DNA of 63,961 bases, counting the filler, from Reticulomyxa filosa (taxonomy: Eukaryota > Protista > Foraminifera), in the NCBI GenBank assembly GCA_000512085.1. It is 21 parts of 21 records of this genome, joined end to end, with 100 filler letters (N's around TTAATTAATTAA, not from the genome) between each part and the next. Parts side by side here need not be neighbours in the genome. Positions count along the whole stretch, not along the records: positions 37,564 to 40,989 come from ASPP01006790.1; positions 41,090 to 42,506 come from ASPP01017314.1; positions 42,607 to 45,682 come from ASPP01007387.1; positions 45,783 to 47,597 come from ASPP01042582.1; positions 47,698 to 49,184 come from ASPP01026289.1; positions 49,285 to 61,524 come from ASPP01022375.1; 15 more parts are not named here. The stretch is one strand, 5' to 3'. The notes beneath the pieces are model-generated. The model had not been told where the DNA came from. It worked only from the letters and a program-made list of their open reading frames with translations, and made no database searches. The translations under genes and the position numbers were made by a program. Within the stretch, counting starts at the first letter, position 1. Each line of letters opens with the position of its first letter. Positions 38,052-50,744 of this stretch are shown in pieces.

Positions 38052-39266
38052 GCAATAGCAATAACAATAACAATAACATTAATAATAATAACAATAATAA
38101 TAACAATAATATTAATAACAATAACAATAATGACTCTCTGAAGCAACCATCACATCCCACTTTGGACATACTCTTTTCTTTTCAACTTGTCAATACATGC
38201 AGTGGCCATGTAGGTCGTGTAAATGCAATTGATTATTCTGTATTCAATGGCAATGGCAATGGCAATGGCAATGGCAATAATAATAATGAAAATGGCCAAT
38301 TTCTTTGCTCTTCATCCGATGACAATACGGTTCGCGTATGGAGCGTGAAAAACAAATGCAATGTGAAGCAGTTGGGTGTGTTTAAAGAGCATGTGAATTA
38401 TGTGTCTTGTGTAAAATTTTCACAATATCATTATTATAATCTCAATCGTTATGTCATTTGTTCTTCGTCTTATGATAAGACACTTCGCTTTTGGGATTTT
38501 CAAATGGATAAACAAATTCAAATTCGTCATGGACATAGCGGTTTTATTTATAGCATTCAATTTTCGTCTTTTGCCTGTGGCAAATATTTTTGTTCCGCTT
38601 CTGGAGATAACACTATTCGTTTATGGAATATCGAGACATCGAAAACATTGCATATTTTTAGTGGACACACGTTGAGTGTATGGTGTGTGGAATTCTCGCC
38701 ATTGTTTAATAATACCGTGGATGACAATGATAACAACGTTACTCGCAATAATAATATTGTTGGTGGCTCTGGATACACTATTTGCTCTGGGTCTTATGAT
38801 AACACTATTCGTGTATGGGATATTGAAACACTTAAACAATTACTGGTATTTGAAGGCCATGAAGATGCTATTCGAAGTCTGAAATATTACCCTATGCAAA
38901 AATATCATTTGTTCTGGATCCGATGATGAAACTGTTCGTCTATGGGATACTCGCTTGAAAAAACAAACACACATATTCAAAGGGCATACCAGCTATGTCA
39001 ACAGTGTTTCTTATTTACCATTTGTCACGAATGCCAATTGTGCTGATCATACCGTATGTTCTGGGTCAAGTGATAAAACTGTTCGCTTTTGGGATATACG
39101 AAATAATAAACAATTTTATGAAATCAAAGGAAATGACAATGACGGTGGAATATCCTGTCTTCAGTTTTGTCCTTTTATCAAAGGTGCATCCGAACAAAAA
39201 AATAAAAATAATGATTCTGTATTATGTTATGGTTCAAATAAGGGTCCTATTCATTTATGGGGATAG
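37670..39266 (+). CDS. Coiled-coil + poly-Asn + WD40-repeat protein (5'-partial; frameshift near 38895-38900)
   Basis: About 7 WD40 units (ICSGSYDNTIRVWDIET etc.). ORFs 37733-38926 and 38955-39266 join across an A5 run. Confidence 0.9.
37995..38130 (+). repeat. (AAT/AAC)n microsatellite encoding poly-Asn
   Basis: About 45 codons, mostly Asn. Confidence 0.95.
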
Positions 39267-40355
39267 CTTACAATTTTTATTTTATCCAATTTAATTGTAA
39301 CGTTTTTTATTGTTCTTTCGACATTAAATGTTTCAACTGTGTCAGCACTTCAATATTTTTTCATCATTTAGTAAAATTTTTTTTTGAAAAAACATCATTG
39401 TTGGTTATTCATTAAAAAATATAACGATTTTAAGCTGATCTGAGAAAGGAGTAGTTTTTCATTGCGCATCAAATACTTCAAAACTGATTAAACTGTACCG
39501 ATTACGTTGTTACCAGTCACTGAAATAAATGCAAGTTAAGCTCTTTTCTAGTTGTTGCAAGGGAGTCTGAAGATTCACTTGTTTTAAAGAACAACAATAT
39601 TAACACTTCAATCTATTAGTCTCTTCTAGAAGTTTTAATGGACAAAAGCAGTAAGGAAAAGCGAAGCAAGGAAAAGGGAAACAAGAAAAATCAACAGGAC
39701 AAAGTTCAAATCGACGAAGAAAAAACACCTCTTGGAGCCGCAGGAAAATGGCAGACAATGAAACATGAACCAGAGAGTATACATCCATCAAAGAACTTGT
39801 TTCTTTCCATGATATAGCATTTTATTTGCATTTGTGAGTTTTTTTTGCCTTTACTGACGGCCACTGCTGAGGTCATTATTTTGCACTTTGAATTTTTTTT
39901 TTACTCCCTTTTTTATGCGTGCTGGAAAAAAAGGTGAAGTCGCTTTATGTAAGGTTGTGTTTAGCGCAAATTAACATTTTACCATTGGAAGTTCAAAAAT
40001 AAAATTTGCCATTGAATCCTTTCATTGATTGTCTTAACAAACAAGCCATAAACTATACAATGCAAATTGCAACATTCATTTCAATGATTTTTGTAAAAAA
40101 ACAAAACAAGCAAGCGAACAAAAATGCATGTGTCCATTACTTTGCAATGAATTTGCGGTCACTAACAACAATAACAAAAAGAGGGAAGCAAGACAAGCAC
40201 ATGCAAAAAAGATGCTTCACAGTCACGTCCCCGTCCCCCTACCCAAAAAAAAAAGCAGAAGAAATGAAACGAAAACAGTTTTTTGTTGTTGTTAAGTGTC
40301 AGTAATGATGTGAATATTGCAAACCAGAAAAGGGGGACATTCCCTATCAAAAAAA

Positions 40356-40910
40356 TTACTTTAATTTGCCTTCCAAATAATTGACTCTGTGTTTGACATA
40401 AGCAAAATTTTTATCAATTTGTAATTTGTTTTGATTGAGGCTTTCCAAAGCAAATTTTAAAGTGGCATTGTCTTGGCGAAGAGAGTGAAGTATTTGCGAT
40501 TGTTGTTTGTGGAGCAAGTTGGTGCGATTGCACAACAAAACAGAGCGATGATGAATGTTTTGCAAAGTGACAAAGCGTCCGACGATGCGAACCAAGTCAA
40601 ACACGACATGGTCCCATTTGTGCATAATGGTCCACAAGTAGTCGATTTTCTCAAACTGTTTGTATCGTTCGACCATTTCTTGCCGTTCGAACGGAGTCAT
40701 TCGACGATTTCGCGTCGTCTTTTCGGGTTGTTTCGAGGTTATGGTTTTCTGGACTGTCATCGTCAAGCTCGCAAATGAGTACGATATGGCTTTCACATCG
40801 CTCGCCATTTTTTGACATGCCGTTTTGATATCTGCGCTTTGTTCGTCAAACAATTCATATTTCGATCCCAAATATTTCACCGCACATAGCGCATCCGGAA
40901 ATGGATTTGA
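40356..40910 (-). CDS. Hypothetical coiled-coil protein, last exon
   Basis: 174+ aa open frame with heptad-like C-terminus. Confidence 0.6.
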   Translation of the reverse strand, partial: SNPFPDALCAVKYLGSKYELFDEQSADIKTACQKMASDVKAISYSFASLTMTVQKTITSKQPEKTTRNRRMTPFERQEMVERYKQFEKIDYLWTIMHKWDHVVFDLVRIVGRFVTLQNIHHRSVLLCNRTNLLHKQQSQILHSLRQDNATLKFALESLNQNKLQIDKNFAYVKHRVNYLEGKLK

Positions 40911-40912
40911 CT

Positions 40913-40945
<33 letters not shown>

Positions 40946-40949
40946 GGAC

Positions 40950-40989
<40 letters not shown>

Positions 40990-41089
40990 NNNNNNNNNNN
41001 NNNNNNNNNNNNNNNNNNNNNNNNNNNNNNNNNTTAATTAATTAANNNNNNNNNNNNNNNNNNNNNNNNNNNNNNNNNNNNNNNNNNNN

Positions 41090-42178
41090 ATGGAAACCAT
41101 CAGTGTCATGTTCGTGCTGCCGTCCGGAGGCGGCGGAGGGGGATCGAACTCCGTCGCCCAGGAGGCCATGGGGCTGGCCAGGCTCGGGGTGGACGTGCGG
41201 CTGGCCGTCAACCTGCCGAACTACAGCAAGTTCCTTGCGAGCTATCCCGAGCTCGAAGCCCTGAACGTCCCGGTCCTTTCCTATGCCGACGGCGCGGGGC
41301 TCGCCCAGCATTTCTCCACCTGCCAGCTCGTCGTCGCGACGACCAATGCATCGGTCTTCGACGTCGCCAACGCGCGTGCCGAGATGATGAAAGGCGAACT
41401 GAAGACAGGCCCGAAATTCGCCTACTACGTCCAGGACTACGAGCCGCTGTTCTATGCCGCCAACAGCGAGCGCTGGACCAAGGCCAGCCAGTCGTACACG
41501 GCATTGAAGGACGCCATGCTGTTCGCGAAGACGAACTGGCTGTGCGACATCGTGTATGCCAACCACGGCATCAAGGTGCTCAAGGTCGCTCCGTCGATCG
41601 ATCACGACGTTCACTATCCGAACCTGCGCCGCGCGGGGGCACCGCTTGCGGTCGTGGCCATGCTGCGCCCGGCGACTCCGAGGCGTGCGCCGAAGCGGAC
41701 GGTTCGGATCATGCAGGCGATAGCCGGGAAATACACCGACGTATCGATGCAGGTGTTCGGGGCCAGCGACGAGGAACTCGAAGCCGCCGGCGTCGCACTG
41801 CCGGCCAATGTCAAGAACTGGGGGGTCCTGAAGCGGTCACAGGTGCCCGACCTGCTTCGATCCAGCGATTTGTTCCTCGACCTGTCCGACTATCAGGCAT
41901 TCGGGCGAACCGGCCTGGAAGGGATGGCGTGTGGATGCATTCCGATCGTTCCGGTGTTGGGGGGCACCAGCGAGTATGCGGTCCATGGCCGCAATGCCTT
42001 CGTCGTCGATACACGCAGCGATCAGGAAGTGCTGTCGGCGATCGACACGTTCATCGGCATGACGCCGGGCGCACGTGCCGAAATGCGGCAAGCGGCCCTC
42101 GAAACGAGCGCTGAATTCACCGTAACGAAAGCGGCGCTGTCGGAGTTGCGAATTTTTCGGCAGTTCGCAAAGGGTTAG
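41090..42178 (+). CDS. GT4/GT-B glycosyltransferase, WsaF-like, probably 5'-partial; bacterial
   Basis: SGGGGGGSNSV, YYVQDYEPLFY, DLFLDLSDYQAFGRTGLEGMACG. High GC, no introns. Confidence 0.88.
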   Translation: METISVMFVLPSGGGGGGSNSVAQEAMGLARLGVDVRLAVNLPNYSKFLASYPELEALNVPVLSYADGAGLAQHFSTCQLVVATTNASVFDVANARAEMMKGELKTGPKFAYYVQDYEPLFYAANSERWTKASQSYTALKDAMLFAKTNWLCDIVYANHGIKVLKVAPSIDHDVHYPNLRRAGAPLAVVAMLRPATPRRAPKRTVRIMQAIAGKYTDVSMQVFGASDEELEAAGVALPANVKNWGVLKRSQVPDLLRSSDLFLDLSDYQAFGRTGLEGMACGCIPIVPVLGGTSEYAVHGRNAFVVDTRSDQEVLSAIDTFIGMTPGARAEMRQAALETSAEFTVTKAALSELRIFRQFAKG

Positions 42179-42285
42179 GAGCCGAAAATGCTCAATACCC
42201 TAGAATATTTTTACTGTTAACCTCCCTGCGGATGTCCTAGACTCGACCGGCGCATCATTGCTTGTTTCAACCGCTAGGAAGCTTG

Positions 42286-42506
42286 ATGGCGGACCCGAAA
42301 TCCGGAAAGCATCTTTCGCTGCTCGAGGCGATCAAGTCCGATGGGGAGAGCCTCGATGCCAGGCAAAGGGCTGGTTCCCCGACCGGTGAGGCGCGGGAGC
42401 GACCCACAGTCGCCTATTCGGAAAATGACACTGTCGGGCGTCGACCGGAGGCTCCGGGTGGCCTCGCGAGCCCCACCGAGGCACGCGCTGCGCCTGTCGA
42501 TCTGCC
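42286..42506 (+). CDS. Bacterial hypothetical protein, 3'-partial
   Basis: ATG preceded by AGGA, open to the contig end. Confidence 0.4.
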
Positions 42507-42629
42507 NNNNNNNNNNNNNNNNNNNNNNNNNNNNNNNNNNNNNNNNNNNNTTAATTAATTAANNNNNNNNNNNNNNNNNNNNNNNNNNNNNNNNNNNNNN
42601 NNNNNNACACACACACACACACACAACAT

Positions 42630-43255
42630 AACGTCTTTGCCAACACGAATAACCCTCTTATTATTTCGAACTTTCCGATACGCATATTTCACCACCAGTG
42701 GCTCATGACTCCTCGGGTCTGGTCTTTGGTTGTGCATTGTTTCGATGGCCTATTGCATTTCAAACAAATCAATTAAGTGCAATAAACACCTTCTTTTTGC
42801 AAACAAAATATTAATTAATTAAACAAAACAACACACAAATAACCATTTTCGCTGCGTTCGGGGTTTCAAAGCGCACAAAACCAACCCCGTCCCCATAAAC
42901 TCGTGACTGCGTAATGACTCCAAATTGTTTGAATAAGTCGTCCAATTCCACTTGTGTACATTCTTTCCATAAACCCTTCACATACAAATTATTTTCATCA
43001 AGTTCCGTTGTGCTTGCATTTGGCCCACTTAAGTCGTTATCATCTATGTCCATTTCTTTAACACACATTTAATACATCATAAAAAAAAAAGTAAATATGT
43101 GTAAACCGTTTTCAGTTATAAGCACCTTTTCCTTTTTATTTTGCTTTTTTTTTTCTTCCCCCCCCCTAAGAAACACGACACCAAATTTTAAATGCGAACT
43201 GCTCCTTTGAGAATGCTTCATATCCACTGTATTTTCTTTGATCAGCCCAGAAGTG
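42630..43255 (-). CDS. RRM-domain RNA-binding protein, N-terminal exons
   Basis: RNP2 NLYVKGL, RNP1 GVGFVRF, then AIETMH...PLVVKYA in the next exon. Confidence 0.88.
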
Positions 43256-44168
43256 GACATTGATTGCATTTAATTTTTTGTTTTTTTTTTTGCTATAGTT
43301 GAAAGAAAAATAGTTGCGAATAATTGAACCGCAAAGGGTGTCCTCCAGTCTTAGTTGTAGAAACACGCTTGTAGTTTTCAAAACCCTGTCTTTTATTCTT
43401 TGCACGTAAAATTATTTTTCCTTAAAATAAAAAGTAACTTCGATTCCAAAGCCAAGAGGTGCAAAATAACTATGTGCAAACAACAGAAATATTTAGTAAC
43501 TAATTAATGGCGTGCAAATAAAAAGGTAGTAAATCAACATGTTTAATCTATTGCAATATAGATTTTTACGTATTAAATAAATTTAACAAAATTTTTACTT
43601 TTTTGAGTCAGGCAATCAAGCATTAGGCCCAAAGATATCGGTAAAAAACTTAATTATTTAGATATAAATAAATTTCCATTATATTTTTTGTCTGCAAAGG
43701 GCTGGCGATATACATTGCCTTGTAAATGTTGCCGTAGTGTTTGACTGGAAAGAAACAAACATAGTAGAAAGTGTTTTGTTTCCCCAAGCTAACAAAAACT
43801 TGCCCAACAAAAGTACTTGGTATTTGTTAACACCACCAAAGAACTGTTTCGTTAGTGTTTAAAAAAAATGTCACATTTTGCGTGTTTTCTTAATCTCGTA
43901 TCTGACCATATTTAATTGTCACAATACCAGAGATAAATATATCATAAAAGCATCGCCAGTAGCATTCTTCTCAAAGAAAACAACTTATTCGAAAGTAGTG
44001 CTCAAATTTTTGACAGAAGTTTTCCCAGAAAATACGCAAAAAACAAAACAACATAGCAAGCGTGTGAAGGCACATGGCGTACAAAGAAAAGCTATGTGCT
44101 ATCCTTAAACATGGTAAGGTAAACATCCATGTTATTATTCAAAATAAAAAGGAAAGCAATGACAATAA

Positions 44169-45575
44169 TTATGGACTGTTTTTATTGTCAGTAATTTCCA
44201 TTTCAGACTCTGGTTCATCTCTGTTTTGATTACCTAAATCTGTCCATTCATCATTGCTACCGTCACCAGCACTTTTTTGCGTTTCTGGTGCTTCCAAGGA
44301 ATTTTTGGTTGCAGTTTTATGTTCATTTTTCATGAAAAGAGAAATCGCGTTGAATACTTCTTCATCTTTGTGTGTGAAAGCAGTGGCAGGATACAACACT
44401 TCATTGGTTCCATCCACAACGACAGCAGGGATAGCGTAATACAACACATTGTCACATGTATCAACCGAACCGTACGCAAAAGATAAAGTTTTATTCAAAC
44501 TTTTCTTCTCAACGGCTGTCGAATTGCTCAAAGTGTTGACATCAGGACTTAAGGGGTACAACAGCAATGCAGATGGTTTCAGCAATGTCATTAGCCAACA
44601 TACCTCACAGCACTTTGCAATAAAAACTTCCAACGCGTTTCGAGTTTCAGGACTATCAAAAAAAAAAATATATACATATGTTTTGAAATATTCTTTTTTT
44701 TTTTTTTTTTATAAAAAAAGGTAATCCAAAACTCAGTTAAAAACGTCCAATCTCCGTAATTGGCAATGGCAAGATCAGTCATTTCGACAATCATTTTGTC
44801 AATTGACGAAAGAGAAAATTGACTTTGGATCAAATGGTTTTGTTGTTTTTCTTCAGGGACAACTTCGTCGGTGTAGACGTTATTATACGTATTACCAATA
44901 TACAACTTCCAGCATCGTTGCATAGCAGTGGATATCGTAGTGGCAGCTGCTTGAGGAGACATCTTTTAACATTTTATTTCAAATAAAAATCACACATACA
45001 TTTCCGGGGGAGGGGGAAGCCCTTTGGACATATGTTTGAAAGTAAAGAAAAGAAAAGAAAACCTGTAACAACTCAGCAGCGGCTTGAATAAACAAATCTT
45101 TTCTTTGTTTCATTTTGCTGTAACAGTTAATCATGATATGATACAAAAACTCGTAACCAATGTAGTCAATGAACAACTCAAATTTGTTGTCATTGTTTGT
45201 GTTTGAGTATTTCAATTTCAATTTTTCACCAAAGCTTTGATGAAGCTACGTATACATAAATATGTACATGTATGTATGTATATATTGTTTATAGTAGATG
45301 TAATTTCAAGTGTTGTGCATTTAAAAAAAAAAAAAAAAAAAATTAAAACTTTGGAATGATAAATATTGACGAACGATTGATAAGTTTCAATAATGCTTTG
45401 TTGTTTCGGAAAGAAACTACTTTCATCAACAGCCGATTGACCTTGCAATTGGTCCAAGCAATACAAATCTTGGACGGTTTTCAATTCGTACAACACTGAG
45501 TCCAAACGCAATGTCAGCGCGTCTCGCTCGCGTTGGACTTCTCCAACTTCTGTTTCCAACGTCGATATTCTCTTT
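44169..45575 (-). CDS. Coiled-coil protein with MIEAP/SPATA18-like C-terminal domain (multi-exon, 5'-partial)
   Basis: FIAKCCEVCWLMTL..P...VLYYAIPAVV...VLYPATAF resembles the MIEAP C-terminal pattern (C..LCW.M...P...YVWPAL). Confidence 0.55.
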
Positions 45576-47769
45576 ACATTTGTGGCTTGGGTGATTCTTT
45601 TGATATATTGCGATTTGATGTATTATGTTAAAATGTGGTATTGCTTTTTTTTTTTTTTTTTTAGAAGAAAGAGATTCTATTCNNNNNNNNNNNNNNNNNN
45701 NNNNNNNNNNNNNNNNNNNNNNNNNNTTAATTAATTAANNNNNNNNNNNNNNNNNNNNNNNNNNNNNNNNNNNNNNNNNNNNAAACGAAGAAAAGGTGAT
45801 ATGGACAACCACAATCTTTATTGCTTATTTTCCAAGATTTTTTTCGTTTTTCAATTGTCTTCAGCCCTTTTTTATTCATGTGCAATTTTTTATTCTCCCT
45901 TCAAATAGACAATTTTTAAAGTAAAAAAACACTAATTTCTTTTAATCGACAATACTTTGATAGAAACTGAATATTGCAATTGAACAATTAAGAAGCAATT
46001 TGTTTTCAAACAAGTTGCAAACATTTAAGTTGAACTAACTTGCACTTGACATAAAGACAAAGATGGACTATTTATTGTTGGAGATAATTGTTTAAAACAA
46101 TTTCTCAACAAATATCATTCGTGAATCGTGATAATTGTACTGTGTTAAAGTAAAATACCATCAAAGTCTATTAGTGAGTTAAATATCATATGCCTGACTA
46201 AATTTCAACAAGATTAGTATCAAAAGAAAAAAATGAGCTTTTGCAAATTTATTTTTTTAAATGCTTTTTTGTATAAATTTCATGATGCTTTTTTCTTTAT
46301 AAACTCTACTTCGACAATATTTTGTTCAAGACAAAATTTTTTTTACTTTTTGGTAAAAAAGAAAGTTATACAAAGTTATATTATGATAACGGATAAGCAA
46401 AAACTTACGCAAACTAACAAAGCTGTAATCATAACTTTAATATATATTTAATCACTTTAGGCAATATATACAATTATATTTTGTAAAAACTTTTTGGATC
46501 TTTTATTTTCATTTTTTATATAATCTTTATTTATCCTCAATTTTGCTTTTATATATATAAATGAAATTAAGGACTTGACAAATAACGCTTTCTGAATCCT
46601 GAGTTTTCTTTTTTTATAATGAAATCTATTAGCAGAAAAGTGACTTTGAGGACACACATAAAATTTGTTTTAGATTACCGAATAATCAAAAATGATAAAA
46701 TAAAAAAATTATTACGCTTTTACATGAAGATGATTCGGTTGTGTTCAATATTCAATTGAAGCGAAGTAAAAAAAATAATGAAATCTTTCAATTTAGTTTT
46801 TAAAAAATAGAACTAAGTCTTTTCTTTTAGTGATATCTTACTGAAAAAACAAAATTACAAAAAGTCTTAACTGCCAACAAGAAGTATATATTCCTTTTGT
46901 AGTATTGTAATAAATAACCAAACTAAACAACGCGAAATGGGTATAAGTCTTTTTCTTAATCTACACCTTTCTTTTTATTTCCTCATTACATTTTGGATAA
47001 CTCCAGGTTGAAAAACAAACTTATAGCAAGACTAATTAACAGCTTAGATGTTATAATGTTTGAAGCTATTATTCACTAGAACATTTGTGGTTTTTTTGTG
47101 TTAAATTATTTTTGTTTATTAGTTTCAAATATTTGCAATATCTGAATCTATTCAATGACATTGCATTGTTGTGAAGATACACTCCCTAGGAAATTTACAA
47201 ACAACAATTGCAATCAAAAATTTTATAATATTAAATTGACTAAAATGGATTGTAATTTGTGAACGAATTGACTTATTTGTTTTCATCATTTTGATTTTAT
47301 CATAAATAATCTTTTTCAATATTTAAGTTCAATACAAAAAGATTTGAATCAAAAAAAGAACAATGTTTTCATGTTTTTTACAATTGAATTGAATCGGATA
47401 TGACCTCAATGTATGTCCAATTTTCAAAAAATAACGATTGGAGGAAAGCATTTTGTTTGCTAAAATTGTGTTGACGAAAAAAAGAATCAAGAACAAACAA
47501 ATACGCAACTGTACACATACGTTAAAAAAGATAAAGTTAAAAAAAAAACGTAGCAAACCAATAATCTTATCTTGTAATGTTTTTGAAAACAATGGACNNN
47601 NNNNNNNNNNNNNNNNNNNNNNNNNNNNNNNNNNNNNNNNNTTAATTAATTAANNNNNNNNNNNNNNNNNNNNNNNNNNNNNNNNNNNNNNNNNNNNATA
47701 TATATATATATATATATATGCATATATATGTATGTGTATATATGTATTTATGTATATGCAATGATAATA

Positions 47770-48540
47770 CCTTGACAAAAACGCAAAATAAACTAAAGAC
47801 TAATTTGCTCAATGTTTTTCTGGAATCGATAACACCCGATTGATTGGTATCAAAGAAGTTCCACAACCTTTCCAAATCAAAGGGTGTGTTTTGTTGAATG
47901 GCCTCGGCAATTTCGTCCAGTTTGCCTTCCCACACCATTTCATCGTACTCTTCTTCTAGCCATTTCGCTTCCGTTGCGGGTCGAGACTTTGGCGACACCG
48001 TTCCTCTTTGGTGCTTTTTTTTTTTTTTTTTTTTTTCGTCATTTGCATTCACACATTATACGTATGCATTGACATTACGTGCGCATGCTTTTTTATATAT
48101 ATATATATATATATAAAAGAGTACCTTTTTTGTCTTTGTCTTTGTTTTGGCCTGTTCTGAGACTGGTAGTAGTCAGCTGCAGTTCTTTTTCGGAATTCAA
48201 TGACCCTTCTTTTTCTTTATTTTGGTCATCGTCGGTGACAAGAGCAACAGTAGTAGTACTAGTAGTAGTAGTAGTAGTGGCTGCAGCAACAGTTGCAGCA
48301 GTAGACGCAGTAGTAGTAGTAGTAGTAGTATCAGATTGTGGTTGTGACTTGCACAAAAGAGAGATATTTTGACAAGCGCGTCTAAAATGACAAGTGTCCA
48401 ATGGAACGCAGATATACTCAACCCATCGATCGGACAGCTCTCGTATTTTCTTTTCCAATGGACTTTGTTTTTGCTCTGCTCTTGTGTTATCCAAACAACA
48501 CCATTTATTTGCAACCAATCAAAAAAGATATATATATATG

Positions 48541-48576
<36 letters not shown>

Positions 48577-49085
48577 ACCGTCAAGTTTTTTAAAGTCTTG
48601 CAACGTGAGGACAGGCTCACGCAAGCAACAACAACAGCATGCGGGAATGAGTCCCCAATTGGCATTGTACATCAACGAGAAGCAGACGACGGAGACGGCG
48701 ACCGAATACATCATCAGCTGCACCACGCCGGCAAAGAACAGGACGATGAACAGAATGAAGGTAATGGCCAATGCGATGAAAGCGAGAGTGAAGTAGAACT
48801 TGAGTAATGCGCGATCTCGATACTGCGTCCTCTGCTTCACTCGTTCGTTACGTTCGAACACATAGCTTTTCGGCGTCGTTGGCGACAGTACCGACAGCAG
48901 TTGTTCTTCCCTCTCATTCATTTTTCTTTGATACGGCGCTTGTTGCATTAGTCCCAGTCCCGTTTGGGACACCCCTGACCCATGTCCTTTCGTCTCCTTC
49001 CATTCGTCCACCACTACCACTCCCAATGCATAACTAAACAAGCCCCCTACAAACACTGTCAATATTCCATCCATTGTTAATACCA
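47770..49085 (-). CDS. Membrane protein with EF-hand-like motif (multi-exon, partial)
   Basis: Hydrophobic helices in 48505-49089, poly-Thr exon, LWNFFDTNQSGVID. Confidence 0.6.
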
Positions 49086-49148
49086 ACACATTCTATAATT
49101 TACGCACATTTATATGTATACGTATACGTATACGTATATTTATAATGA

Positions 49149-49184
<36 letters not shown>

Positions 49185-49835
49185 NNNNNNNNNNNNNNNN
49201 NNNNNNNNNNNNNNNNNNNNNNNNNNNNTTAATTAATTAANNNNNNNNNNNNNNNNNNNNNNNNNNNNNNNNNNNNNNNNNNNNTTTTCTATGTTGATCA
49301 AAAATATGATTTTTTGAAATGATTTTAAAAAAGTTCGAATGAGTTCATATAAATTGAACTTGTATTGAAAATAAGACATTTTTAAATCTTTTTGTTTTCA
49401 TTTTAGTGAATCTTCAAGTCACGTATATACTTTTTAAAAAAGAATTCGCCTTGTATCTTTAGTAATTTTTAACAAAATTTTGAAAACTTTTTTTTGATTA
49501 TTTGAAATTTTTTTGTTAAAAATTTGTTTTTTTGTTAATGTTTTCACCATTTTGTTAGTTTTTCTTGTGCATTGATTAAAGTTTCAATTCTCATTGGCAT
49601 TGACTCAACTATAGCATCTTGACATAATTAAATGTCATTTTTTTCACAAAGTTTTTGTTTGTTGTTAATTTTTTTGCCTTTGCATAATTTTACTTTAATT
49701 ATACAACAAATATTCTCAATTGAATTTATGTCTGTTGAATTAGTAGTAAAATTTAAAGTTCTATATTATTTCATTTAAACTAACACATTATTTCTTTAGC
49801 TTTGCTACATGATGAATTTTATCTGACCTGCCAGA

Positions 49836-50000
49836 TCAAATTTTTCTTTTTACAGTTCCATTACACTTATATGACGCCAGCCAAAATCGAAGCGAATATA
49901 TACTTATATTAAATTTCTTTGGTACATATCGAATGATAGCTCCACCAACCAGTATACCAACAGCAACTCCTTTCTTAAAAGCAACCAAATATTTCACCAT
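49836..50000 (-). CDS. Small (54-aa) ORF with one hydrophobic helix
   Basis: Manual translation MVKYLVAFKKGVAVGILVGGAIIRYVPKKFNISIYSLRFWLASYKCNGTVKRKI*. Confidence 0.35.
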   Translation of the reverse strand: MVKYLVAFKKGVAVGILVGGAIIRYVPKKFNISIYSLRFWLASYKCNGTVKRKI

Positions 50001-50744
50001 TTTAAATATCAAAATTCATAAAATTCACACACAATGTCAAAAACGATGAAAATACGTCAATTGTTTAAATCATCGTATCACCTTCAAACAAACATGATTA
50101 TTTATAGATTTCGTTACATGAAAGAACACTAGTCACTATTTGCATTGATCATGATCTAGACTTCACAGACTGCAGCGATTTGTCCTTATTTTTACCTCAA
50201 TTACCACGTCATACAACATTATTCTAAATAAAAGTTAAAGTTGAGCCCATGTGAACTGTTACACGGACAAAAGTTTAACTTAACAACCGACGTCAAATTG
50301 AACTTACTGAAAGTAAAATTTGGTAACTCTCGCGAAACATTGCACAAGTACTTTTCTTTTTACTGAGATTTACTTTCGGAACTATGTTCCTTTCGTATCA
50401 CACTTAGTCGCCATAACTATTCCTACATACAGTCTTTAGACAGTTTGATATCACATTGCTTCAAAAGTAAACAAAAGGGACAAAACAAACAAAAAGGCTT
50501 GCCCTTTTTCTTTTTTCAAATTTTCTTCTTTTTTTTTGTTGAAATAATCTACTACTGAGAATTCATATGTCCAACGGGAATTATACAACTGTAAACAGCC
50601 CAACGCTTGAGTATCCAAAAGAAGAAGTAAAATTTGAGGAGGCACAAGAACAAAAGCATGCAGACGACAATGAAGAAGACATATTGACGGAGGTAACTTA
50701 AAGACCAAACTTTTTATCCAAAAAAAAAAAACGGTGTTTGTGAT

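Noticed and set aside
45783-47597. 1.8-kb contig without genes
   Set aside because: AT-rich intergenic-like DNA. No repeat, structure or credible ORF seen.
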